Below are positions 29,031-38,053 of a stretch of 64,000 nucleotides of DNA, piece by piece. Numbering within the stretch: the first letter of the stretch is position 1; every line of letters begins with the position of its first letter. This DNA is from an uncultured Candidatus Saccharibacteria bacterium (GTDB lineage: Bacteria > Patescibacteriota > Minisyncoccia > UBA6257 > 2-01-FULL-56-20): contig CAYPDQ010000001.1 of the NCBI GenBank assembly GCA_964409535.1, forward strand, positions 22,993 through 86,992, in the 5' to 3' direction. A program made the position numbers and the translations under genes. The notes beneath the pieces are model-generated. The model saw only the letters and a list, made by a program, of their open reading frames with translations, searched no databases and was not told the DNA's origin.

Positions 29031-32000
29031 CCAGCTTTACGCTTTTGCCGTTTATTCTTATCTCTTCCATGCCTGTCCCGACCTGCCCCGACTGAAACGT
29101 CGGGGCCGCAGCGTCGGGACTTTCGCCTTCGGAAACGCTCCGAAGGTAGGTTTTTTTACGGTCAAACAATTCCAGCGCTTTCTTAACGTCGGTGTCGTCG
29201 GTCTTATAGGTAAGCGCCGCCATTTCTCCCACCTTGAGTCCCTGCTTCTTGCGCAGTTCCTGAACTGCCCGTTCCAAAGCGCGCACCATACCTTCCAGGC
29301 GCAGCTCATCGGAAATCGAGGTGTCCAGATAGAAATTCAGAACCCGAGAGACCCCCGCCATCACTTCTATATTCTCCCCTTTCTCGCTCGAGAGGGTCGG
29401 GTCGAATTTCTTCACGTTCAACTCGCCCAAAAGTACCTGCATCAACTCCGCGCTGGGGGTCATATCTTCCTTGGTGAAGAACGCGAGGCGCGGCAGGGGC
29501 TGGCGCACCGGAACGTTCAGGGTTTTCCTCACCGCCTGGCCCAAGGACGCCGCTTCCCGGACGGTTGCCATATCCCGCAGGAGATCTTTCTCCTCCGGCG
29601 CAAGCTCTCTCGCTTCCGGCCAGTCCGAAAGATGCACCGATTCATCAGGTTTTAGGTTATAGGTTTTAGGTTTTAGATCCTGGTAGATAAGTTCGGAGAT
29701 ATACGGCATAACCGGTGCGATAACTTTGGAGGCGTTCAAAAGCGAGTGCCGCAGAACCGCGAAAAACTCCGTGTCCGTCCGGCCGCGGCTGCGGCGCAAG
29801 TACCAAGTGGAGAGATCGTCAACGTATTCGGAGATAATGCGCGTCGCGCGGACGGTATCGTATCGATCCAGATTTTCAGTCACTCCGTTAACTAACTCCT
29901 GGGTGCGTACGGCTATCCAGCGGTCAAGAATATTCGCGGTCTTCCCGGCCAAGCCGCCCGGCGGCGGCTCGTATCCCGCCTCCGCGGCGTATGTCTGATA
30001 ATAATTGAAGACGTTCCAGAGGATGAGGACCACCTTCCGGTACGTGTTCTGCACCTCTTTCTCGCTGAAGTTCAGATTATCCGCCTGCATCACCACCGAG
30101 TTCGTAAGATAGAAGCGCAACGCATCCACGCCGTATTTATTGATCACCTCCCACGGATCCGGGAAATTGCCTTTGGACTTGCTCATTTTGGAGCCGTCTT
30201 CGGCCAAAATCGTGCCGGTCGTGACCACGTTCTCAAACGGCGCCTTGCCGAAAAGGGCGTAGGAGACGACGTGCATCACGTAGAACCACGCCCGGGTCTG
30301 GGCGATGTATTCCGCCACGAACTGCGCCGGCAGGCGCTTGTCTCCCGACGCTCTCGGTCGGGACCCCGACTCCCGACTCGTCGGGACGTCGGGGAAAAAC
30401 TCCTTATTATCAAAAGGATAGTGATACTCCGCAAAGGGCATTGAGCCCGCTTCCACCCAGGAATCAAAGATTTCCTTTACCCGTCGCGCTTCCCCGCCGC
30501 AGGTCGGGCACTTTAAAACCACATCATCAATGTACGGCCGGTGGAGATCATCAATGCCCACGCTTATCTCAAACGGCTCTCCCGTCCTCGGATAGCCCAG
30601 CTCCGAGCCGTAGTACTTCTGGACCAACCACAGCGGGTCGCCATGGCCGACAATTAGAATCCTCTTGTTTTGGTAATTTTTATCCGCTTCCTTTATGAAG
30701 CTGACCATCCGCGCCTGGATCTCGGTCCATGTTTCCCCGCCCTCCGGCGCTTCCGTCCAACGGTCGCGTTTAGAAGCGAACTCTTCGTGATATTCTTTCT
30801 CACTCCTACCCTCAAAAGTGCCGGTGTTGTACTCCCGCAAGCGCTTGTCGGTCTTTGCCTCCACCCCAAGCACCTTGCCGACGATCTCGGCCGTACGCCT
30901 GGTTCTCAAAAAGTCGGAGGTGAATATTAGGTCCACGCCGCCCTTGGCCTTTATTTTCTCGGCAATTCCCTCCGCCTCTTTCACTCCTTTCTCCGTCAGA
31001 TCATATTTATCATTTTCTGTCCGTCCATTCACGACCTCCCGGACGTTCTTCTCCGCCTCTCCGTGGCGGGTGAAATAGAAAGTATTGGTGCTCAAGCCCA
31101 GTTCCTTAATGCTCCCCACCACAACCGGCGGGCAATTTTTATCACCTGCCTGCGCAGGCAGGCATTTCCAGACCGGAATCGGATTTCCCCAATAGCGGTT
31201 GCGGGAAATGTTCCAGTCCGGCGCGGATTCCACGCTTTTCTCATAGCGGCCGTGCTTCAAATGCTCCGGGAACCAGTTTATCTCCCTGGAGTTGGAGTCA
31301 ATCAGTTCTTTTTTCATCTTCTGGATGTTGATGAACCATGCCGGAATCGCATTGTAGTAGAGAGGATTGCCGCATCTCCAGCAGTGCGGATAGGAGTGGG
31401 TCACTTTTTCTTTGCGTAGAAGCAAGCCACGCTTCTCCAGGTCGGCGATTATGATTGAATCGGCATCTTTGAAATACTTGCCGCGCAGGAATTCCGGCGC
31501 CTTGTCGTTGAACTTGCCTCTGTCGTCCAGCATCGGCACGACCGGGAGCCCAACTTTCTGACCCAACTCGTAGTCCTCTTCGCCATAGACGACCGCAGTG
31601 TGCACGATGCCTGTGCCTTCCTCGGTGGAAACGAAGTCAGCTGCGTACACCTTAAAAGCGGCCTGCCCTTCGGAGCCTTGGCGAAGAATGGGGATGTCAA
31701 AAAGCGGTTCATACTCCAAACCGACGAGTTCCGAGCCCTTGAATTCTTCCACTATGTCATTGCGAGGCGCCGTAGGCACCGCGGCAATCCCTTGAGATTG
31801 TTTCCCGCCACTGCCCTGCATCGCGGTCGCAACGACGGCACTAACCCTATCTTTCGCTAAAATGTAAAACTCCTCCTCAACTCTAACTTTCACGTAATCA
31901 ATCTTTTCTCCCACCGCTAACGCAACGTTTCCAGGCAAGGTCCATGGTGTCGTAGTCCAAGCCAGAAGATAGGTGTTTGGTGTTAGGTTATAGGTTTTAG

Positions 32001-32643
32001 AATCACTTTTAACATTTGAGCTTTTAACCTTGAACTTCACAAAGACGGCGTCTTCCACGACGTCTTTGTATGAATTGTCCATCGCCACTTCAAAGTTGGA
32101 AACCGGCGTCTCGCATCTCGGGCAGTACATCAAAACCTTCCGGCCCTCGTACACCAGCCCTTTGTCGTAAATTTGCTTGAACGCCCACCAGACCGACTCC
32201 ATATAGTCCCTGTCCATCGTCTTGTAGGAGTTCTCAAAGTCAATCCAGCGCGCGATTCGCCGGACCATCTTCCCCCATTCGTCTGCGAACATAAGCACCT
32301 TCTCCCGGCAGGTGCGGTTGAATTTCTCTATCCCGATCTCTTCTATCTGCTTCTTGCCGGAGATGCCCAGTTCCCGCTCCACAACTTCTTCTATCGGCAG
32401 GCCGTGGCAGTCCCAGCCCCAGCGGCGACGGACGAAACGGCCCTTCATCGTCTGGTAGCGGGGAAAGAGGTCTTTGACGGTGGATGCCAAAATATGCCCG
32501 TAGTGCGGGAGGCCGGTAGCAAAAGGCGGCCCGTCGTAAAAAGTGTAGGGCTTGCCGCCTTTAGTCTTCTCTAATGACTTTTGGAAAACCCGGTTCTTTT
32601 CCCAGAAGTCCAGTATCTTTTCTTCCAGCTCTTTCGGATTCAT
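29017..32643 (-). CDS. ileS: Isoleucyl-tRNA synthetase (type 2-like) with inserted histidine-phosphatase domain
   Basis: GPPFATGLPHYGH, WTTTPWT, KMSKS; internal RHG...GHGD domain. Confidence 0.97.
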   Translation of the reverse strand: MNPKELEEKILDFWEKNRVFQKSLEKTKGGKPYTFYDGPPFATGLPHYGHILASTVKDLFPRYQTMKGRFVRRRWGWDCHGLPIEEVVERELGISGKKQIEEIGIEKFNRTCREKVLMFADEWGKMVRRIARWIDFENSYKTMDRDYMESVWWAFKQIYDKGLVYEGRKVLMYCPRCETPVSNFEVAMDNSYKDVVEDAVFVKFKVKSSNVKSDSKTYNLTPNTYLLAWTTTPWTLPGNVALAVGEKIDYVKVRVEEEFYILAKDRVSAVVATAMQGSGGKQSQGIAAVPTAPRNDIVEEFKGSELVGLEYEPLFDIPILRQGSEGQAAFKVYAADFVSTEEGTGIVHTAVVYGEEDYELGQKVGLPVVPMLDDRGKFNDKAPEFLRGKYFKDADSIIIADLEKRGLLLRKEKVTHSYPHCWRCGNPLYYNAIPAWFINIQKMKKELIDSNSREINWFPEHLKHGRYEKSVESAPDWNISRNRYWGNPIPVWKCLPAQAGDKNCPPVVVGSIKELGLSTNTFYFTRHGEAEKNVREVVNGRTENDKYDLTEKGVKEAEGIAEKIKAKGGVDLIFTSDFLRTRRTAEIVGKVLGVEAKTDKRLREYNTGTFEGRSEKEYHEEFASKRDRWTEAPEGGETWTEIQARMVSFIKEADKNYQNKRILIVGHGDPLWLVQKYYGSELGYPRTGEPFEISVGIDDLHRPYIDDVVLKCPTCGGEARRVKEIFDSWVEAGSMPFAEYHYPFDNKEFFPDVPTSRESGSRPRASGDKRLPAQFVAEYIAQTRAWFYVMHVVSYALFGKAPFENVVTTGTILAEDGSKMSKSKGNFPDPWEVINKYGVDALRFYLTNSVVMQADNLNFSEKEVQNTYRKVVLILWNVFNYYQTYAAEAGYEPPPGGLAGKTANILDRWIAVRTQELVNGVTENLDRYDTVRATRIISEYVDDLSTWYLRRSRGRTDTEFFAVLRHSLLNASKVIAPVMPYISELIYQDLKPKTYNLKPDESVHLSDWPEARELAPEEKDLLRDMATVREAASLGQAVRKTLNVPVRQPLPRLAFFTKEDMTPSAELMQVLLGELNVKKFDPTLSSEKGENIEVMAGVSRVLNFYLDTSISDELRLEGMVRALERAVQELRKKQGLKVGEMAALTYKTDDTDVKKALELFDRKKTYLRSVSEGESPDAAAPTFQSGQVGTGMEEIRINGKSVKLAISL

Positions 32644-32900
32644 CCCGTTAGAGACAGGAAACGCCTTAAGCGGTTCTCGAGGTAGCGTTTGCCTGGGCCA
32701 CTCTTTAGGTACTTTTCTCGCGACCTTGCGTCATCTTCATTGAGACACGCCTCGTAGTATACGAGGTTCCAGGGGGCACGGCTCTTAGTCCAGGTTGATT
32801 TGCCTTCGTTATGCTGCTTAAGACGTTTCCGTAAGTCGTTCGTGCTACCGGTGTACCAATAGCTGCTTTTCTTGCTTTGGATAACATAGGTGTAGTACAT
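32640..32900 (-). CDS. Small stand-alone GIY-YIG nuclease
   Basis: YTYVI...YTGST.DL.KRL.QHN.G...LVYYE...A..RE..LK; alternative GTG start at 32930. Confidence 0.9.
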   Translation of the reverse strand: MYYTYVIQSKKSSYWYTGSTNDLRKRLKQHNEGKSTWTKSRAPWNLVYYEACLNEDDARSREKYLKSGPGKRYLENRLRRFLSLTG

Positions 32901-32922
32901 AAGCTTGCGGTCTCTAACGGGA
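32643..32922. mobile_element. CCCGTTAGA-TIR element, 280 bp, carrying the GIY-YIG gene
   Basis: 13-bp perfect TIR TCCCGTTAGAGAC/GTCTCTAACGGGA; flanks TTCA/TTAA. Confidence 0.85.
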
Positions 32923-32943
32923 TTAAGCACGAATCTAAAAATA

Positions 32944-34707
32944 TCAGATTTTTTCCGGTGCGGAAATACCGAGGAGGCCGAGGCCGGTTTTCATAACACC
33001 GGCGGCTACGGCGACGAGCGCAAGCCGCGCCTCCCGCCTTTCCTTGTCTTCATCTTTGAGTATCGGCGTGGATTCATAGTAGGAATTAATCGCGTTCGCG
33101 AGTTCGTAGAGATAAACGGCGACGGCATTCGGGGCGCACGCCGCAGCCGCGGATTTCACTGCCTCCGGGAACTCCGCCATTTTCCTGATTAGCGCGAGTT
33201 CATTCTCTTCAATAAGGCGCGCTGCGTTCCACGTTCCACGTTCCACGCCCCGTGATTTGCGCAAGATACTGCGCAAACGTGCATAGGTGTATTGGAGATA
33301 CGGCCCGCTGTCACCCTGGAAAGAGATTGATTTGTCCATGTCAAAAACAATGTCCCGGCCGACGCCCTGTTTCAAGATGGAGTAACGGATGGCGGCCAGG
33401 GCCACTTTTTCTTCTATCTCTTCGCGTTCTCTTTTGGTAAGCTCCTTGCGTTCGGCTACTTTTTTAGCCACCGCTTCTTTCAGCTGGTCAATCAGCGCCT
33501 CCGCGGTGATAACCTCGCCGGTGCGGGAGGACATTTTACCCGAAGGTAAGCGCATCATGCCGTGGCTAAGATGGACTGTTTTCTCCGCCGCTTCCGGCAC
33601 TACCTGCTCCATCGCTTTCAAAACCACTCTGAAGTATTCATTGATTTCGTTTCCGGTCACGATAAACGATGCGTCCGGGTGATACAGGTCAAATTTTTTC
33701 TGGTTCAGTCCCAGCTCCTTGGCCTCATACGTCGGCAAGCCCTGGGAGTTTATAAACACTCTGTTGTGCAGGCCGTACTTCTCGCCGGGAAAGATAATCG
33801 CGCCTTCACTTTTTTGAAACACCTCCGGATGGGCCTTAACGAGCTTCACACCCACCGGTCCAACTTCGCTTTCAAAGAAATAATGGACGAACTTCGTGCC
33901 CAGCCGCCTATAAATCGTCTCAAAATAGTCTAAGCTCCACTTGCGGCCGAGATCGTATAATCTGTTTATTTCTTTGTCTGAACGGTTGTATACCTTGACG
34001 TTTATATCCTCCACTTGCTTCCTTAGCTCATCCTTATCTGGACCACCCCTCAAAGAACCGCTGATATCTTTCATATCGTAAGCGCCAGAGCCAACAGTAT
34101 ATGCATTAGCGAGATATCTTATTTTCTTATCTAGAGCGTCTCCTTTTCTGGGCAAGCTGCCTTGCAAAATATAGAGAATACCCCAAATGGTTTTAGCCAC
34201 ATGCAAACCAACGTCGCCCTGGTAATTCACGCGCAAGACCTTGGCCCCGGCGGCCTCGTGGAGGCGGGCGATGGCTTCGCCGATGACATTGGTCATGAGA
34301 TGCCCAATGTGAAACTGCTTGAACGGGTTGGGGTCGGTGTACTCCACCATCACTTTCTTGCCTTTGAGCAAATCCAGACGGCCATAATCGCGGCTTGCGG
34401 CAATCTGCGCGAACTCCTCTTGGATGGCTTTCTCCGACAGCCAAAAGTTTATGAATCCCGGCGGGGCGACCTGAACATTTTGAATAAATCTCTGCGGGGC
34501 GACTTTCCGGACTCTCTCCGCGATTTCTTCAGCCACCGCCATCGGGCTGCGGCCCTTTTCCTTGGCCAAACGCAAGGCGAGGTTCGTGGAGTAGTGGCCA
34601 AATTCAGATTTAGCAGCCAGAGACAAGTCAAAATCGGCATGTTTGCCTGCCTGCGCAGGCAGGCCTGCCGCCTTCTTCAAGAGTTGAGCAAGCTTTCGCC
34701 GTATCAC
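32944..34707 (-). CDS. argS: Arginyl-tRNA synthetase
   Basis: PNPFKQFHIGH, KMSSRTG, GPYLQYTYAR. Confidence 0.97.
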   Translation of the reverse strand: MIRRKLAQLLKKAAGLPAQAGKHADFDLSLAAKSEFGHYSTNLALRLAKEKGRSPMAVAEEIAERVRKVAPQRFIQNVQVAPPGFINFWLSEKAIQEEFAQIAASRDYGRLDLLKGKKVMVEYTDPNPFKQFHIGHLMTNVIGEAIARLHEAAGAKVLRVNYQGDVGLHVAKTIWGILYILQGSLPRKGDALDKKIRYLANAYTVGSGAYDMKDISGSLRGGPDKDELRKQVEDINVKVYNRSDKEINRLYDLGRKWSLDYFETIYRRLGTKFVHYFFESEVGPVGVKLVKAHPEVFQKSEGAIIFPGEKYGLHNRVFINSQGLPTYEAKELGLNQKKFDLYHPDASFIVTGNEINEYFRVVLKAMEQVVPEAAEKTVHLSHGMMRLPSGKMSSRTGEVITAEALIDQLKEAVAKKVAERKELTKREREEIEEKVALAAIRYSILKQGVGRDIVFDMDKSISFQGDSGPYLQYTYARLRSILRKSRGVERGTWNAARLIEENELALIRKMAEFPEAVKSAAAACAPNAVAVYLYELANAINSYYESTPILKDEDKERREARLALVAVAAGVMKTGLGLLGISAPEKI

Positions 34708-35210
34708 TTTTCAATTTTAACAAGGCGCAGCTCACCGCGGAAGAGCGATGCGAAAAACGTCTTCAAGGTGTCGTAGATGACCGGCAGTTCCAGGTAATCT
34801 ATCGCGATCGCCGCCCAGGCAAGCCAGAGCGGGAAGGCCACGAGCGAGCCGCCCATGAACTTCTGGAGTACGAACTCGTCCGTAATCCAAAGTATGTGCA
34901 GCCACTGGGAGTTCAAAAAGAGAAGCATCCAGACGCTCTTCCAGTTGAAGCCCCGGCGCAGCTCGTCTATGTAGATTAGCGAAACGCCCAAAAGCGCCGG
35001 GATCTCGGTGTAGTCCACGAGCACCAGGAGTGTTTGCCAGAAAGCGTGCAGCGGGAAATAGCTCTCCGCAAAAAGGCGCATAGCGACCACGTGCGCGGAG
35101 AGCCACCAAAGGTGAGTAAGTTGCAGCAAAAACAAGCCGGTGGAAAGTCCGACCGTCAAAAGGTAGTTCCGCTCGTACCAGGACCAGAATTTAGCGACAA
35201 ATTTACGCAT
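34704..35210 (-). CDS. Hypothetical membrane protein
   Basis: Multiple TM segments; stop overlaps argS start. Confidence 0.65.
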   Translation of the reverse strand: MRKFVAKFWSWYERNYLLTVGLSTGLFLLQLTHLWWLSAHVVAMRLFAESYFPLHAFWQTLLVLVDYTEIPALLGVSLIYIDELRRGFNWKSVWMLLFLNSQWLHILWITDEFVLQKFMGGSLVAFPLWLAWAAIAIDYLELPVIYDTLKTFFASLFRGELRLVKIEK

Positions 35211-35237
35211 TGGGCTATACTAATAAAGAATTCTACT

Positions 35238-35711
35238 ATGAGCAATGCTGACTCACCAAAAGTTCTCGCCGAAAACCGGCGTGCCAGATTCGACTACGAT
35301 ATCCTTGAGACATACGAGGCGGGATTGGAGTTGATCGGCCAAGAGGTTAAAAGCGTGAAGGGGGGCAAGATGCAAATTTCCGGAAGCTATGCGCTCATCC
35401 GCCCGCCAGCATCCGGGCGGGCAGGGGGCGGCGAGGCCTGGCTCACGAACTCCGTCATCCCGCCGTACCAGCCGAAAAATGCGCCGCCGGACTACGACCC
35501 GGAACGCAGCCGCCGCCTCCTCCTGCGCAAAGAGGAGTTAAAGAACCTCTCCGGCCGTCTGCACGAGAAAGGGCTCTCGCTTCTGCCCCTCCGGGCCTAC
35601 GCCAAGCGCGGCTTCGTCAAAGTGGAACTCGGACTCGGCCGCAGCCGCAAAAAGAGCGACAAGCGCGAGTTCCTGAAAAAGCGCGCCGCGGAAAGAGAAA
35701 TGAGGGGCTAG
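35238..35711 (+). CDS. smpB: SsrA-binding protein
   Basis: ENRRARFDY, EAGLEL.G.EVKS, DKRE. Confidence 0.95.
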   Translation: MSNADSPKVLAENRRARFDYDILETYEAGLELIGQEVKSVKGGKMQISGSYALIRPPASGRAGGGEAWLTNSVIPPYQPKNAPPDYDPERSRRLLLRKEELKNLSGRLHEKGLSLLPLRAYAKRGFVKVELGLGRSRKKSDKREFLKKRAAEREMRG

Positions 35712-36121
35712 CGTTTCGGCTCTGGCCCCTTCGATTCGCCGTCAAACCTGCCGCCGGTAAGGATCCAGGTGCCGCGCACCGTTTTCACGCTGTAGTAGAG
35801 AGCCAAGAGGAAAATTATCGCCAAAACCTGATTCACAAAGAAAAAGTATATTTCTTCCTCAAAATTGGCGTAGGCGCGGACGGTATAGTATTCAAAACTG
35901 ACTACCGCGAAAATAGAAACGAGAAGGTTCAGGACGTTGCTCCAGAATTTGGCCGGGGTAGTGACGCCGGCGGCGATGTCCACCACTATCACCGCGAATA
36001 TTGTCACGTAGAGCGGCAAAGAAATGTCCTTCCAGAAGAGAGGCAGAGAGAGCGCCATCACGAACGCCGCCACGAGAAAAAACCGCCGCACCTTGTCCCC
36101 ATAGTAATGCAACATCGGCAT
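35708..36121 (-). CDS. Hypothetical 4-TM membrane protein
   Basis: Four hydrophobic segments. Confidence 0.65.
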   Translation of the reverse strand: MPMLHYYGDKVRRFFLVAAFVMALSLPLFWKDISLPLYVTIFAVIVVDIAAGVTTPAKFWSNVLNLLVSIFAVVSFEYYTVRAYANFEEEIYFFFVNQVLAIIFLLALYYSVKTVRGTWILTGGRFDGESKGPEPKR

Positions 36122-36147
36122 AGTTCTATAATTGTATCATAAGCGCT

Positions 36148-36975
36148 ATGGGTAGGTTATTAACATTTCTCGTTATTCTCTCGCTGCCTTCCGTCTCTTT
36201 CGCCGCCGCGACGGTGAACGTGCCATCCGCCATTTATCAAGGCGATGCTGTGGTTGCGAAAATCCAAGGCGGAACGCCGGTCTCGGCCGTCTTTGACGGC
36301 GCCGAGGCCGCGTTTTTCCCGTACCAAGGCGGGTACCGCGCGGTTTTCGGCATCCCGCCAGCCAAAAATCCGGGCGTATACAAGCTGCGCCTGGAGTTCG
36401 CGGACGGCACATCTTTAGAGAAGAAAATTGCTGTCCGCACAAAGAATTTCCCGAAAGTTGCCCTCGGCATCCCGGAAAAACTGGGGCTTACCCCAAGCGG
36501 CCTCGTAGAGAAACTCCAAACCAAGAAAATCAACTTGGATGAAATATTCGGCAAAAAGACAGGCGATATTTTCTTCAGCCAGCCCTTCGGCCTCGCGCTC
36601 GCGGATAACCGCAAAATCAGCAGCGTTTTCGGAGAAATAAGAAAAACCGGGGACACGGAGATCCGCCATTTAGGAACGGACTTCACTGCCGAAAAAGGCG
36701 CGGCGGTGGGCGCGATAAACGCGGGCGTGGTGCGCAAGGCGTACTTTGACACCGTCTACGGCAATTCGGTCATCGTGGACCACGGCCAGGGGATTTTCTC
36801 TTTCTACATCCACCTGGACAAAATCAAAGTTAAAGAGGGTGACGTTTTGAAAAAAGGCGCCATCGTCGGTACGGTGGGCTCAAGCGGCTACTCCACCGCT
36901 CCGCACCTGCACCTCTCGGTGAAGGTCGGCGGCGTCCCGGTGGACCCGGTTGGGTTTGTGAGAAGTTTTAAATAA
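36148..36975 (+). CDS. M23 family metallopeptidase
   Basis: Signal peptide, HLGTDF, STAPHLH. Confidence 0.9.
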   Translation: MGRLLTFLVILSLPSVSFAAATVNVPSAIYQGDAVVAKIQGGTPVSAVFDGAEAAFFPYQGGYRAVFGIPPAKNPGVYKLRLEFADGTSLEKKIAVRTKNFPKVALGIPEKLGLTPSGLVEKLQTKKINLDEIFGKKTGDIFFSQPFGLALADNRKISSVFGEIRKTGDTEIRHLGTDFTAEKGAAVGAINAGVVRKAYFDTVYGNSVIVDHGQGIFSFYIHLDKIKVKEGDVLKKGAIVGTVGSSGYSTAPHLHLSVKVGGVPVDPVGFVRSFK

Positions 36976-36988
36976 CGAACTTCTTCCT

Positions 36989-38053
36989 CTATGGTATTTT
37001 GAAAACGAATGCGCCCCCTCCGCCGGCACCACCCGCCGGATTGCTGTTGCCCGTTGTAGACCCGCCGCCGCCACCACCGTAACTTCCGCTTAGACCGGAG
37101 GTGGTCCAACCTCCTCCTCCGCCGCCGGCGCTTTCGTTATACTGCTTAAAACCATAACCTGCGTCTTTCCAGCCCCAACAGCCTCCGTTTTGACCCGTGT
37201 AGCCGCTTGAGTTTCCCCACGGAGCCGCGCCCGCTGTCACGCCGTTACCACCATAGCCGCCCGCGCCGCCGGAACCGTCGATCTGCCAGTCGCAGGACCC
37301 GCCCGCGCCGCCGCCGCCGCCAGTGCTTCCAGAAACGCTCTCTCCCGCGCCACCCGCAAGGTACGTACCAGCGCCGTTTCCTCCTATTCCACCGCGCGTG
37401 CCCGTGCCAGCCAGTACTTGTCCGTACGTGCCGCCGCTTGGGCAACCCGCACCAGCACCGCCACTAAGCTGGACAATGTAATTCCCAAGATTGTCCCGCA
37501 AACTAGTCTCGCCGCCGCTCGCAGCCGACCCCCCGCCGGCGCCAACCAGCAAGGTGTAGGTTTTAGAGGAGTCAAGCGTTACCGAGGTTTGGAAATTAGT
37601 GCTTGCGCCACCGCCGCCGCCCGGCCCTGAATATCCGCAAAACGGGCCTCCCCCACCACCGCCAGCCGCGCCGCCGAAGGACACGGAGGTACTAGTATTT
37701 ATCGTTATCGTATAGGCGCCCGAGGTCGTGAGCGCCAGCTGGCCAACCCAGAGGTCCTGGCTGCCAGACGCAGCTCCGCTATAGGTGATAATGGGATGGT
37801 CAACGACGGTAGCGCAGCTTGGCTTGCCGGAACGGAAGCGCGACCACTCCGTAGTGGTGTTAGTGGGAACGAAGATCGGCTTACTGCAGTTGTTTGTAAC
37901 CCGCTTCAGGACACCGAATTCGTTGACGTCGGTGTAGTTGCCTACGGTTACCTGGTAACTCGTGGCGGCCTTAAGAAAGGACGCCCCGAAAAACGCAAAA
38001 GCGATAGTGAGAATCAGAATCTTTATTGCATTTATGTCGCGCAACTGCTTCAT
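36989..38053 (-). CDS. Secreted glycine-rich protein
   Basis: Signal peptide, FVPTNTTTEW motif, poly-Gly C-terminal half. Confidence 0.7.
   Translation of the reverse strand: MKQLRDINAIKILILTIAFAFFGASFLKAATSYQVTVGNYTDVNEFGVLKRVTNNCSKPIFVPTNTTTEWSRFRSGKPSCATVVDHPIITYSGAASGSQDLWVGQLALTTSGAYTITINTSTSVSFGGAAGGGGGGPFCGYSGPGGGGGASTNFQTSVTLDSSKTYTLLVGAGGGSAASGGETSLRDNLGNYIVQLSGGAGAGCPSGGTYGQVLAGTGTRGGIGGNGAGTYLAGGAGESVSGSTGGGGGAGGSCDWQIDGSGGAGGYGGNGVTAGAAPWGNSSGYTGQNGGCWGWKDAGYGFKQYNESAGGGGGGWTTSGLSGSYGGGGGGSTTGNSNPAGGAGGGGAFVFKIP

Noticed and set aside
32643-32922. Integron cassette interpretation (GTTAGA/TCTAAC resemble attC cores)
   Set aside because: No attC hairpin follows the TCTAAC, there is no integrase or array, and the copies are dispersed with TSDs.
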